Positions 48,148 to 58,645 of a DNA stretch of 64,000 bases are shown here, piece by piece; within the stretch, counting starts at the first letter, position 1; every line of letters starts with the position of its first letter. The position numbers and the translations under genes are program-made. The notes below the pieces were generated by a model. That model was not told where the DNA came from, did no database searches, and worked only from the letters and a program-made list of their open reading frames with translations. Origin of the DNA: Deltaproteobacteria bacterium (GTDB lineage: Bacteria; Myxococcota_A; UBA9160; SMWR01); contig JAQBGU010000202.1 in assembly GCA_032128375.1 (NCBI GenBank), forward strand, positions 1 through 64,000, in the 5' to 3' direction.

Positions 48148-49635
48148 ATGGACCAAACCACCATCAGCCTGCATACCGCTTTCGAAGTCGGAGAAGTCGA
48201 TCCCCGGATTTTCGGCGGATTCCTCGAGCACATGGGACGCTGCGTCTACGAAGGCGTGTTCGAACCCAACTCGGTCCACGCCGACGAAGATGGCTTTCGT
48301 CGCGATGTGCTGGCTGCTCTGGACCGGTTGGCGATGCCCGTCATCCGCTATCCGGGCGGAAATTTCGCTTCCGGCTATCACTGGATGGATGGCGTCGGCC
48401 CGGCAGGGTCGCGGCCGACGGTTCGCGAGCTGGCCTGGCAGAGCATCGAAACCAACCAGTTCGGCACCGAGGAGTTCATGGGGCTGTGCCGGAAACTGGG
48501 CTGGACGCCGATGCTTTGCGTGAACCTCGGAACGGGTACCCCGGAAGAAGCGCGCAACTGGGTGGAGTATTGCAATTCGCCTGTGGGCACTCGCTATTCC
48601 GACATGCGACGGGCTTGCGGTTCGACCGACCCCCACGCAGTGCCACTCTGGTGCCTTGGAAACGAAATGGACGGACCCTGGCAGCTTGGGCATGTGCCCG
48701 CCGCCCAGTACGCGATTCTCGCCCAGCAGGCGGCGAAGATGATGAAGGATGTCGACCGCTCCATCGAACTCGTACTCTGCGGATCTGCTGCGGTGACGCT
48801 TCCCTCCTACATGCAGTGGGATCGAGAGGTGCTCGAGCACGTTGGAGGGCTTGCGGACTACATCAGCATGCACCGCTACGTGGACAACCGCGCAGGCGAT
48901 ACGGCTGACTTTCTGGCCGTCACCAATGCAATCGACAAGCAGATCGAAGACATGGATGCCGTGTGTCGCTTCGTACAGGCGAAGCGCCGCAGCCAGAAGA
49001 GGGCGTTCCTTTGCTTCGACGAGTGGAATATCTGGTACAAGAATATGGAGATGGACGGGGCTTTGAAGCACGCACCGCACCTGATCGAGGAACGCTACAA
49101 CCTGGAAGACGCGCTCGTGGTCGCCGGGTTTTTCAACAGCTTCCTCCGGCACGCTGATGTCGTGAAAATCGCCAACATTGCTCAGATCGTGAACGTAATC
49201 GCCCCGATCCAGACGCGTGGCGACGAGTTGCTGCTGCAATCCATATTTCACGTCTTCGAGATGTATTCGAAGCGAAAAACCGGGCGCGCACTGCGTCTCG
49301 CGGTCCGGGGGCCTTGCTACGAGGGCGCAAAAAACGGGCGAGTCCACACCGTCGACTCGAGTGCCATTCTCGACGGCGATACACTCCATGTTTTTGCCAC
49401 AAACCGCAGTCTTACCGATGATGCCCCTTTGCGGATTTCGCTCGCTGACCACGCGGTCAGGCATGTCCTCGATTGCGAGGTCGTGACCGGGGATGACCCC
49501 AAAGCCGAAAATTCCTTCGAACACTCCGATCGAATCGGTGCCGAGAAGTTCGAAGAAGTGAATATCGCAGCGGGCGCTGTGGAGGCACGTCTTCCTCCGA
49601 TGTCCACTGTGGCGATGAGTTTTTCACTCAGCTGA
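48148..49635 (+). CDS. abfA: Alpha-L-arabinofuranosidase (GH51)
   Basis: F.EH.GR.VY.G, RYPGGNF, LGNEMDG.WQ.G, FDEWNIW, AQIVNVIAPI. Confidence 0.93.
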   Translation: MDQTTISLHTAFEVGEVDPRIFGGFLEHMGRCVYEGVFEPNSVHADEDGFRRDVLAALDRLAMPVIRYPGGNFASGYHWMDGVGPAGSRPTVRELAWQSIETNQFGTEEFMGLCRKLGWTPMLCVNLGTGTPEEARNWVEYCNSPVGTRYSDMRRACGSTDPHAVPLWCLGNEMDGPWQLGHVPAAQYAILAQQAAKMMKDVDRSIELVLCGSAAVTLPSYMQWDREVLEHVGGLADYISMHRYVDNRAGDTADFLAVTNAIDKQIEDMDAVCRFVQAKRRSQKRAFLCFDEWNIWYKNMEMDGALKHAPHLIEERYNLEDALVVAGFFNSFLRHADVVKIANIAQIVNVIAPIQTRGDELLLQSIFHVFEMYSKRKTGRALRLAVRGPCYEGAKNGRVHTVDSSAILDGDTLHVFATNRSLTDDAPLRISLADHAVRHVLDCEVVTGDDPKAENSFEHSDRIGAEKFEEVNIAAGAVEARLPPMSTVAMSFSLS

Positions 49636-49659
49636 AAACCCAAGAGTGATGGGTTCGGC

Positions 49660-50913
49660 TCACTCCCGATCGATGTTGTATCGCTCGCGATAGGCGCTGA
49701 ACCCCTCGGCGAGTTCATCGTAGGTCCAGCCGAAATCCTTCGGATCGTAGACATGACGTCCCTCCGAGTGGCGGCCGCGCTCTTGCATCCAGACCTCCAT
49801 TCGGCGCGTGTGCAGTTTGCTCGGTGTCTCACCGTGGTGTGCATAGATCGAGTGCACGGCGCCGATCGGGTCCTTCATCAGATCCGCGAAGCGCAGGTGC
49901 TGACACCAGCCGTCGTCCGCTTGATCGTCGTAGGCCATACCCGACTCGATTGCGAAGCGAGATTTGCCCAGCCACTCTTCCGCGACCGAGACGTGATCTC
50001 GACGATTCGTGAACATGCGCTGCAGAGAATTCGCCAAGCTCGCGAGCGACGTGATGACCTTACCGGGATCGCGGTGGGTCCAGATGATGCGCGCGTCGGG
50101 GTAGTGATTGCGAAGCGTCTCGAGACACCACAGGTGGTTGGGTGTCTTGAGTACCCAGCGCTCGGTCGGCTGAGCGGACTGAAAGACCTGGAGCGCCAGC
50201 TTGTGCTGGGCATAAGCGGGCGTCATGTCGCAGGCTTGAAGCCAGCGCCCGTAGCTCGGCACGTATGCTTGGGTTTCTACGCCCAGCGTCCGAATGTCGA
50301 ACATGAATAGTGCGACACACTCCTGGGCGATCGTGGCACCGAACGGGTGCATCGCGCCGATCGCCGGATTCAGCTTCAGGAGCTGACCAAGCTGTTTGGC
50401 GCTTTCGGCGATGCGCGGATCTTCGGCTGCCGTCGCGAGTGTCGGGGGCGGAATCGGGCGGGCCGCCTCCCAATGGGTCAGTGAACGGGCCGTTGGATCG
50501 AGTCCAATCAGAAGCGAGAGCAAGCTGGTGCCGGTCCGCGGCAGTCCGATGATCACCCAGGGCGCTACGATCTGTTCGTCGCGTACCGCGGGATGCTCGC
50601 GTGCCCAGCGGGCCAATTCGATGCGATTGCGCATCGACTCGACGAGCATGCCCTTCAGCGCCAGCCGCCCGAAGAGGTTCAGGTCGGCCTCTTCGCGCGC
50701 CGACTTCAGATACAGATCGAGAGGTTCGCGAAAGCTATCCCCGCCGAGGTCCCGGGACCCCGCGCGCTTCTGGGCCACGCGAATGATCGCCTCGCTCGTC
50801 AGCGATGGGACGTTGATGCCGGCCCGCGCGAGTCGTACACCGCCCCAGTTGAGTGCGCGCAGCGCGGGAGATCTGAGGTTGGCGTCCCGGAAGCTATACG
50901 CGGTGGCAGTCAT
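49660..50913 (-). CDS. Sulfotransferase family protein
   Basis: IIGLPRTGTS (PAPS loop), WVLKTP.H, WTHRDP..V.S..S. Confidence 0.9.
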   Translation of the reverse strand: MTATAYSFRDANLRSPALRALNWGGVRLARAGINVPSLTSEAIIRVAQKRAGSRDLGGDSFREPLDLYLKSAREEADLNLFGRLALKGMLVESMRNRIELARWAREHPAVRDEQIVAPWVIIGLPRTGTSLLSLLIGLDPTARSLTHWEAARPIPPPTLATAAEDPRIAESAKQLGQLLKLNPAIGAMHPFGATIAQECVALFMFDIRTLGVETQAYVPSYGRWLQACDMTPAYAQHKLALQVFQSAQPTERWVLKTPNHLWCLETLRNHYPDARIIWTHRDPGKVITSLASLANSLQRMFTNRRDHVSVAEEWLGKSRFAIESGMAYDDQADDGWCQHLRFADLMKDPIGAVHSIYAHHGETPSKLHTRRMEVWMQERGRHSEGRHVYDPKDFGWTYDELAEGFSAYRERYNIDRE

Positions 50914-51944
50914 GCGCCGACCAGCACCGCCGTGCGCCCCAGGCTCCGGCGCTGCTCGTGGTCTTCGAGGGCGCCTGCGGCATCTTCGAGCGATACGCGC
51001 CGCCCAACATGGGGTCGCACGTCGCCGCTGGCAGCGAGTCTCAACAAATCAGTGTGTACCGTGTCCGCGACGTCGCGACCAAACGGGTTGAAGCCCATCC
51101 GACGCAGCGGTCCTGGCACGTTGCTCATGTACGCCCCGATCACGCCGATGATCGAGAAGTTTCCCATACAGGTCGGACGCAGGGGGGCGCCGCCGGTGCC
51201 ATTTTCAGGATCATCGGCAAAGCCACCGGCGATATAACGCCCTCCTTTGGAGACGGCGCGCCAGGCATCCTTCATGAAGCCGCCTCCGGCGAGATCAAAA
51301 ACAACCTCGGCTCCGATGTCGCTCGTATGATCGAGAACCGCGTCTGCAAAGTTCGCCTCACGGTGATCGACGGCCAGCTCGGCGCCGAGTTGTCGGCACA
51401 AGGCGACCTTGTCGGGACCACCCGCCGTCGCAAACACACGCGCTCCGCAGGCCCGGCCGAGTTGGATGGCTGCCGTGCCGAGCCCGCTGGCGCCGGAGAT
51501 TATCAGCAGACCTTCGCCCCGGGTGAGCGCGGCACGCTCGAATAGCGCAAGGTGCGCGGTGTGATAGGGGATTACGAAGGTCGCCGCCTCGGCATCGTCG
51601 AACTCGGGCGGAGCGTCGAAGACGGAGTCGACCGGTGCGAGTGCGAACTCGGCGAGTCCGCCCTGGGCCATCTGCGTGATGGCGACGACGCGTTTCCCCA
51701 GCCAGGCCTCTGCGCCGTTTCCCACAGCATCGACTGTGCCGCAAACATCCATCCCCAAAATGAACGGGGGCGGCATCGGGATGGTTGTAATGCGCCCGTA
51801 GCAGCGATCGATGTCGTTGAAATTCAGTGAAGCCGCCGAAACGGCTACCCGCACCTGTCCCGGTCCCGGTTCAGGGATGGTCGCATCCACGACTTCGAGG
51901 GCCTCGCTGGGACGTCCGTTCTTCGAGACTTGTAGAGCGCGCAT
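50910..51944 (-). CDS. NADPH:quinone oxidoreductase (MDR family)
   Basis: A.SLNF.D, PF.LG...G.V, GASGLG.AAIQ. Confidence 0.88.
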   Translation of the reverse strand: MRALQVSKNGRPSEALEVVDATIPEPGPGQVRVAVSAASLNFNDIDRCYGRITTIPMPPPFILGMDVCGTVDAVGNGAEAWLGKRVVAITQMAQGGLAEFALAPVDSVFDAPPEFDDAEAATFVIPYHTAHLALFERAALTRGEGLLIISGASGLGTAAIQLGRACGARVFATAGGPDKVALCRQLGAELAVDHREANFADAVLDHTSDIGAEVVFDLAGGGFMKDAWRAVSKGGRYIAGGFADDPENGTGGAPLRPTCMGNFSIIGVIGAYMSNVPGPLRRMGFNPFGRDVADTVHTDLLRLAASGDVRPHVGRRVSLEDAAGALEDHEQRRSLGRTAVLVGA

Positions 51945-52058
51945 GCCTCTCCCTTCGGGTTGGATCGCCACGCTAGCGAGCCGGATCGGCTGCCGGAATG
52001 AGCATACCCTCGCTGTTGACGTGCGGGTGAGCCTGGCCCGGCGGGTCGATTCTCAGTT

Positions 52059-52767
52059 TCACGCCACGGCATCGAGAGGATCGGAAAGCAGCTGCTCGAA
52101 GGGTTGTGACGAGAGGTAGGCGGCGCGGCGGCCGCGGCCGATGGCCTCGAGCGCGTTGCGCCGGCTGATGCGACCACTGAGCAGTGACATCACGACGAAG
52201 ATGGGCAGCGCCCGATCGTTGGCACGCTGGGGAAGTGAAAAACACATCAATGCGGACTCGCCCGCGTGGGTTGCGTCGTAACCGGCGAGCACATGCCACA
52301 GGTCGTGCATCACGGTGAATCGATCACTCACCCACTGGCGTACCGGGTCGAGCGCCGCGTAGTCGCGCGACATCTGGTGCTGCGATTCGATGCGCTTGCG
52401 TGCATTCAGGGCGTGGCGCTCGCAGAAGGCGAGAAACTCTCGGCCCAGGCTGCCGACGGGGAGGCTGCGCAGGCCGTCGTGATCCGCCAATGCGTCAGCG
52501 AGCGAAACTCTACGTTCGAGCAGCGCGCGTCCCGTCTGGTGGTCGAGAAAGCGAGCGAGCTGGCGCTCGTCGCTCATGCCACCCAACGCATCTCCCACCG
52601 AATACGCCGCGTCGAGTACCTGGGTCGGATCGGCCTCTTTCAGGATCGCCAGCTGCTCTCGCAGTCGCCGCCATTGAACCGGCCGTGCGACAGGGGCCGG
52701 AAGATCGGCGAGCCTGACGCGGCTGGCGGTCGCGTTTGGACGGTTCGCGCGTCAATGCGTGGACCAT
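52059..52767 (-). CDS. Coq4-family protein (probable frameshift near the 5' end)
   Basis: LP.GSLGR, HDLWHVL.GY....GE (HDxxH-E); the homologous frame extends upstream without a start while an RBS-ATG at 52767 is one base out of frame. Confidence 0.78.
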
Positions 52768-53097
52768 GTGTGCCCCTCTGCGCTGCGTTTCCCAAGCGGG
52801 ACGCGGTCGATCGCAGTGTGCGCGATCGACGCCCGCCATCATGCCATGAAGCGCAAGGCACTGGAAGTCGGAAGGCGAAGAAGTCGCGCATCCGGTGAAG
52901 GACTCGCGGTTCCGGACTCATTGCGCATTCGGCAAGCGGCTCTCGACGACCATTTCTGGCGACTTCCTCTGTGTGCTTCGGGACAGCGGCCAGTGCCGAT
53001 GGTGATGCCTGCCGGAATCGTGCACTAGAATACGAATCAGGGCGAGCGCTCGACCCGGCGAACACTGGAAAGCAAGCGTCGCGAGGGGGCTCCTGGC

Positions 53098-53979
53098 CTA
53101 GTTATCGCTCTTGTCTCGGACTGCGTCGAGGACATGACTTTCGTTTTGGCTTCCGAAGCCCAGTTTGGAAGTGTGATCGAATTGGGCCAGCGCAACGTCT
53201 CCCAGAACGGCTGCGACGCCGAGGTCCTGAGACAGGGCCATGGCGTAGCGGGTATCCTTGCGCCGCAGGTCTGTGCTGAAGGCGAGCTGCTCCGCGTGAG
53301 ATCCGGCAGCCATGATGCGAGCTTGACGGCCGACGTGGAACGACCCGGCGGCGCCTTTCGCCAGGGAGTCGGCGACCTGGTCGAGATCGAGGCCAGCGCG
53401 ACGGGCAGTCTCCATTGCCTCAGCGGTGGCCGCAATCTCGATGGCGCCCAGCAGATTGACGATCAGTTTGTAGGCTGTGCCGGCGCCGATGGGTCCGAAG
53501 CGGATGATTTCACGAGCCAAGGGATCCAGGCAGATGCGGGCGCTGTCGATCGTATCAGGCTGGCCGCCGATCAGTAGCGTCAGGTCGCCGCGCGCCGCGG
53601 CCTCGGGCAGCCCCGTTACGGGGCAGTCGAGGTAACCAATCTGGTTTTCCTCGGCCCGGCTCGAAAGTTCCAGCACCCAGGCGTGGGAAAGCGTCGAACA
53701 TTCGATCGCGAGCGCGTTGGGTTCCAAGGCGCCGAGCATTCCCGCTGGCCGTGCCCACACCCTCTGACTCGCTTCATCATCGGAGACCATCGAGAACGCG
53801 ACGTCAGCACCTTCGGCAGCCTCTCGGGGTGTCGCGGCGAGTGTTGCGCCGGCTGCGACCAGTGCGGCTGCCCTTTCCGGTGTCCGGTTCCAGACGCGAA
53901 GCTGATGGCCAGCCCGCAGCAGGCAGCCGACCATACCGGCGCCCATCGCACCCAAACCACAGAAGGCTATTCTGGCCAT
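53098..53979 (-). CDS. 3-hydroxyisobutyrate dehydrogenase family NAD(P)-dependent oxidoreductase
   Basis: IAF.GLG.MG, WNRT, D.PV.G, KL.VN, KD..YA; AGGAGG RBS. Confidence 0.92.
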   Translation of the reverse strand: MARIAFCGLGAMGAGMVGCLLRAGHQLRVWNRTPERAAALVAAGATLAATPREAAEGADVAFSMVSDDEASQRVWARPAGMLGALEPNALAIECSTLSHAWVLELSSRAEENQIGYLDCPVTGLPEAAARGDLTLLIGGQPDTIDSARICLDPLAREIIRFGPIGAGTAYKLIVNLLGAIEIAATAEAMETARRAGLDLDQVADSLAKGAAGSFHVGRQARIMAAGSHAEQLAFSTDLRRKDTRYAMALSQDLGVAAVLGDVALAQFDHTSKLGFGSQNESHVLDAVRDKSDN

Positions 53980-54046
53980 CCAGCGTCTCCCTCCTAACCG
54001 ATCGACACATGACCTCGATGAGTGTCGCGCATATTGCGCTCGCGAA

Positions 54047-55087
54047 CTAAGTGCCTTCCACGCGCGACCGGGCTTGATGGACGCGAATGAACGGCTGTGT
54101 TTCGAGGATCGCCAACGGCAGTAGAGCAACGGTCCAAACGAAATACTGGCGAAACAGTACGTCGTTGAACGTGATGAAGATGCTGAGTATCCAAAAGGAC
54201 GTCGCGTAGATGCCCAGGTATCGACGGTACGCCGCCAAATAGAGCAGGGCCATCATCGCGAGCATTGGCAGTCTTCCGACGAGCCCTGTCGCGCCCAGAA
54301 TCTGCGAAAGGGAAGGCGCAGCGACATGACTCGACGCGCTCCGAGTGGCCGAAAACAGCACGGACTTCGCGAGTCCGGTGGCATCCCATAGCAGGAATGG
54401 GATCATCACGACTACCGGTATCAACAGGATCCAGAAGAGCGCCTCGAGCGCTCGCTTGAGCGTTGGCCAACCCCGACCTTGGGCGAGTTCGAGCACGAGG
54501 TAGACGGGAACCAGGAAGATCGCGATCTGTTTGACCGCCAGCGACGCTCCGAGGAGCAAGTACGAAGTTCGTCTGCGTCGGTCGAAGAGCAAGAGCGACC
54601 CGATCAGCATCAGAATCGACAACGGTTCGATATGCACGATCTGCAGGACATGGACGGACCAGCGATTGAAAAACCAGAATGCTGCCGTCAACGCGCCCAA
54701 TAGCAACGGACCTCGGCGCGATACTTCCCAAAACAGCAGCCACCCGATCGCCGCGTAACAACAGAAAAATGCCGCTCGCCACACCCTGGTCCAGGTCTCG
54801 AAGTCCTTCGCACCTGCCAACTGAGAACCTGCGGAAAGAACGTAGAAGCCAGGGAAATAGGTCGGATACTTTCTGTTGTCCGTCATGTTGTTACTGCGGT
54901 GGATTCGCGAGTAGGGGTTCTGACCGTTGATGATTCGGTCGCCCTCACGCCAGGCGTAGAAGATGTCATCGCTGCGCAGAGAACTCGGTTCGGTCACGAA
55001 AACCGGGACGACGGCGATCGCGACCAGGGCTGCGAAGGTGACAATCATGATGATCGTTCGGCGAGTCGGCCATTTCACGGTGCCCAA
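54047..55087 (-). CDS. GT-C (GT87/DUF2029-like) membrane glycosyltransferase
   Basis: DD after TM1, G.NPY, YPTY.P, LAVKQ, F.QY; multiple TMs. Confidence 0.7.
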   Translation of the reverse strand: MGTVKWPTRRTIIMIVTFAALVAIAVVPVFVTEPSSLRSDDIFYAWREGDRIINGQNPYSRIHRSNNMTDNRKYPTYFPGFYVLSAGSQLAGAKDFETWTRVWRAAFFCCYAAIGWLLFWEVSRRGPLLLGALTAAFWFFNRWSVHVLQIVHIEPLSILMLIGSLLLFDRRRRTSYLLLGASLAVKQIAIFLVPVYLVLELAQGRGWPTLKRALEALFWILLIPVVVMIPFLLWDATGLAKSVLFSATRSASSHVAAPSLSQILGATGLVGRLPMLAMMALLYLAAYRRYLGIYATSFWILSIFITFNDVLFRQYFVWTVALLPLAILETQPFIRVHQARSRVEGT

Positions 55088-55113
55088 GGGAAACTCACGC
55101 TAACACGGGCCTT

Positions 55114-56910
55114 TCACCTTGATCTCGGATCACAAGCATCGCCAAACCCGTCGACGTCACGATCGAGCTGATCCAGATTCGCGTCGTTTGGACAATTGTC
55201 GCATACATCGCCCAGGCCGTCTCCATCGTGATCTGCTTGATCAAGGTTGAATACATCGGGGCAGTTGTCAGCGGATCGCGGAAGAATTTCCGGGATTGCG
55301 TATCGCAGCTCCGGGTAACGGCGCTGCGAGGCGGCCGTCTGTGGGCAATCGATGGGCGTCCAGTCGCCGAGCCGCACGTCACCCTCATCGCCGCAGGTCG
55401 GATGCGTTGGCGTCGGATGGACCTTTACCTGGGTTCGATCTTTCAATCTCAATCGCCGGATGCCATTGCGATCGATTCCGGCATTCGGATCGAGCTTTGG
55501 AAATCTGGGATCATTCGGGTTCCTGTAGAACTCAAAAGTGTAGGATCGAACACGCACTTCGTGTCGTGTGGGGTCGAAGACGGCAATCAGGTTTCGACCC
55601 TCTACTTCGTTCTGGTAATCACGCTGAAGTCGCCACGAGTGATAGGGTCTTCCGACTGGCGGTGTGATCTTGTAGGACACGTCCAGATCTTCCCAGTGGT
55701 GCCCCTTGAGAGTCAGAAACTCCTGTCCGACGGAGCGATCGAGGACATGTCCCGGGGTGATGCCTTCGTGGTTGAACAAGACCGCGCGAACTTGGGGGTT
55801 GAGAGAGGCGACACGGGCCGGCCAGCTTCGGGCGTCGCGCCCGAGCCCCAGTACGTTGCTGGATTCGAGCCCAATAAACAGGAACGGGATCCCACTGGCT
55901 GGAGAGCGAATCAGGCCCGCCCTGCTACGACCGGCCTGATGCGTCTTGGGACCACAGGTCTGAGTCGTTGGGTCGGTGCAAGGGGCCATGCCCAGTTGTC
56001 GTGAATAAGCTCTGATCCATTCTCCGCCGTTCCAGGTGTCCGGCGGAGCGGACGAATCGTCCGGATCCGCAGGGACCACGGCTCCACCGCCGATGTACCA
56101 CTGGTCTGGCTCGCACTTTCCGAGGCTTGTGCAGCGCGTCGCAGGCGCGGCGAATGTGCGGTCTGCATTCGATTCACCAAAATACTCGGAATAGAGATTG
56201 GAAGTGGCGAGTCGAAAGCTTCCTTCAAATGTAGTGCCATCGTAGTCGTGATTGCCGGGCACGGTGAGATAGGGGATCGGACTCGCCACTCCTTGCACTT
56301 TACAGCCCTCCAACTTCTCGAAGGCGCGCTCGAGTCGTAGCCATTCGCAGCGGTTATCGACGCATTCGCACTCGTCATTCGTGTACCCGGTGGAGGAAGA
56401 GTTGGCTTTACACTCCGCGATGATTTCATCCGCGTAAGGATTGGGAATCCAGCCGTCCCGGCCTGGCTCACCTGGCGAGTAGGGAGCGATACGATCGTCC
56501 TGGCTGTTGTTGTTCACGAGATCACCGAGGTGCAAGAGGAGCGCGATGGGCATGGTTCTGCCGCCTTCGTCTTCTGCCCAGCCTGCGTGATTCTCGCAGA
56601 CCCACTCCATGATCTTTTCAGTGCGGATGGCTTCCTGCTCCTCGAAGTCGATGTCGTTGCGATTGTATGGGTCGTTTTTCTCATCCGTCATATAGACCTG
56701 GGTATCCGGCATGATGAACACCGCGAAGCAGCCGTTGACCGGAACGTCGGCGCCGTCGAGAACCACATCGCCCTTGGCATCGAGCGCAACGCATTCTTTG
56801 GCGCTCGGTCCAGTGTCACCACCGGCCCCGGCGGAGACTGCGAACGAGAGTTCGAACACCAGTCCCAGCAGGGCAGCAATACGTGCGCGTCGCGCCAATG
56901 CCCGAAGCAT
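55114..56910 (-). CDS. Secreted metallophosphoesterase with C-terminal thrombospondin type-3 repeats
   Basis: Signal peptide; MPDTQ, HLGD.V, PGNHD, NHE, GHH; DNCP..N.DQ.D.D.DG.GD.C twice. Confidence 0.8.
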   Translation of the reverse strand: MLRALARRARIAALLGLVFELSFAVSAGAGGDTGPSAKECVALDAKGDVVLDGADVPVNGCFAVFIMPDTQVYMTDEKNDPYNRNDIDFEEQEAIRTEKIMEWVCENHAGWAEDEGGRTMPIALLLHLGDLVNNNSQDDRIAPYSPGEPGRDGWIPNPYADEIIAECKANSSSTGYTNDECECVDNRCEWLRLERAFEKLEGCKVQGVASPIPYLTVPGNHDYDGTTFEGSFRLATSNLYSEYFGESNADRTFAAPATRCTSLGKCEPDQWYIGGGAVVPADPDDSSAPPDTWNGGEWIRAYSRQLGMAPCTDPTTQTCGPKTHQAGRSRAGLIRSPASGIPFLFIGLESSNVLGLGRDARSWPARVASLNPQVRAVLFNHEGITPGHVLDRSVGQEFLTLKGHHWEDLDVSYKITPPVGRPYHSWRLQRDYQNEVEGRNLIAVFDPTRHEVRVRSYTFEFYRNPNDPRFPKLDPNAGIDRNGIRRLRLKDRTQVKVHPTPTHPTCGDEGDVRLGDWTPIDCPQTAASQRRYPELRYAIPEILPRSADNCPDVFNLDQADHDGDGLGDVCDNCPNDANLDQLDRDVDGFGDACDPRSR

Positions 56911-57152
56911 CGCGAACTTCCCTTCATCGTCATCGGTTCGATAGCGCTCGGACCGCTCGTGCAGATCGAGCGCAAAATCGCCGCAGGTCTGGTGGGAAGG
57001 CCCAACCGACTCGGCGAATTCTAGGCAAAGACAGACCCTCATCAAACCAGAGCACGCTCGCCGCGGCTCGGGTGAGTCGCGATCCGCCAGCTGCCCGAAC
57101 GAAAACCTGCCCGCGAAGGTGGAGTCCAGCCTGTATGCTGGGACGATGTGCA

Positions 57153-57908
57153 ATGGCGGACTCTCGCGTGAATCATCCGAGCCAGAATGAAGGGGATGTC
57201 GACGTCTCGGTCGTCGTCGCTGCGCTCAACGAAGGCGAGAACGTGGCGCCTCTGCTGTTCGAGATCATGCAAGCCTTCGAAGGGGGCACCCACACCTACG
57301 AGGTGATCTTCGTCGACGATGGCAGCACCGATGAAACCGCAGAGGTTCTGACGGCGCTCGCCCTCGAACATCCGGTTGTTCGAAACGTTCATCACACGCG
57401 AAACCACGGCCAAAGCGCTGCGCAGGCCACGGGTTTTCGAGTCGCGCGGGGTGAGGTGATCATCACGATGGACGCCGATCAGCAAAACGATCCGGCAGAC
57501 ATGGCGGCGCTTCTCGAGGCTCTGACGGCGGAGGTCGATTGCGTTTGCGGCGTTCGAATCGTTCGCAAAGACAACTGGATTCGCAAGATCTCGTCGAAAA
57601 TCGCCAACGGCTTCCGGGATTTTGTGACGGGCGACAAAGTCAGCGATGCCGGCTGTACCTTTCGGTCGATCCGGCGCTCGGCATTGCGCGAGGTCCCGGT
57701 CTTCAACGGAATGCACCGATTCTTGCCCACCATGCTGCGTATCCAGGGTTATCGGATCGCCGAGATCCCCGTCAATCATCGGCCCCGCACGCGGGGATCG
57801 TCCAAGTACGGCATCAGCAATCGGTTGTGGCGGGGGATCCGCGACTGTTTCGCGATCCGCTGGTATCGCGCGCGCGTCATCGAAAGCGATCGCGTTCGAG
57901 ATGGCTGA
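57153..57908 (+). CDS. GT2 polyprenol-phosphate glycosyltransferase (DPM1/GtrB-like)
   Basis: SVVV..LNE..NV, VDDGSTD, MDAD.QNDP.D, D.GC, HRFLP, NHRPR..G.SKY. Confidence 0.92.
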   Translation: MADSRVNHPSQNEGDVDVSVVVAALNEGENVAPLLFEIMQAFEGGTHTYEVIFVDDGSTDETAEVLTALALEHPVVRNVHHTRNHGQSAAQATGFRVARGEVIITMDADQQNDPADMAALLEALTAEVDCVCGVRIVRKDNWIRKISSKIANGFRDFVTGDKVSDAGCTFRSIRRSALREVPVFNGMHRFLPTMLRIQGYRIAEIPVNHRPRTRGSSKYGISNRLWRGIRDCFAIRWYRARVIESDRVRDG

Positions 57909-58644
57909 CTTACGGACGCTCGGCACAAGCAACGCAGAACCGGATGTCTTCGCCGAGGACCGAGTCCAGACCCTCAAGCGTACGACCTACAAGGCCGCGA
58001 GGATGATCCTGTTCGTGACCGTCTGTGTCTTCCTCGTGCATTTCACACCGCTCAAGGGATTCCTCGGCGATCTAGAGTCGCTTCGAGCCTCCCTCACAAG
58101 CACGGGCTTCTGGGCACCGGCCGCCTTCTTCGCGATCGCAACGGTGTCGATTTTCGTCGGCGCGCCGCGGCTGCCGTATTGCATGCTCGGCGGCGTGCTC
58201 TTCGGTTTCGTGCAAGGGCTGCTGCTGTCCCAAGTCGCGACCCTGCTCGGCGCCTACGGCCCATACCTCTTCGCGCGACACAGTACCGGTGAGTTCATCT
58301 CCAGAAGGCTCAAGAGGATCGACCGCTTCGCCCTGTATTTCGATGACCCCAGCGTGCTGAACGTCTTCTGGATCCGGCAGATCCCGGTCTGGGGCGCATT
58401 CACCAATCTCTGCCTGGGGTCGCTCGGCGTATCTCACGGGACGTTCATCGTCGGATCGTTTCTCGGCTTCCTGCCCCAGGCCATGCTGTTTACATTGATC
58501 GGGAGCGGATTGGTGGAAGAATCTCTCTTGCGCGCACTCTCCCAGATCTGGATCGCGGTCCCCTTCTTGCTTCTCGCGGTCTTCGGCATCTCGCGATACG
58601 CCGCTGCCGGAAAAGGCCGGAAGCGCCGGGCGCAAAGCGACTAG
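57901..58644 (+). CDS. VTT/TVP38 (DedA-superfamily) membrane protein
   Basis: P....GG.LFG...G, R.IP, F..GS.LG.LP; overlaps the GT2 end. Confidence 0.85.
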   Translation: MADLRTLGTSNAEPDVFAEDRVQTLKRTTYKAARMILFVTVCVFLVHFTPLKGFLGDLESLRASLTSTGFWAPAAFFAIATVSIFVGAPRLPYCMLGGVLFGFVQGLLLSQVATLLGAYGPYLFARHSTGEFISRRLKRIDRFALYFDDPSVLNVFWIRQIPVWGAFTNLCLGSLGVSHGTFIVGSFLGFLPQAMLFTLIGSGLVEESLLRALSQIWIAVPFLLLAVFGISRYAAAGKGRKRRAQSD

Positions 58645-58645
58645 T

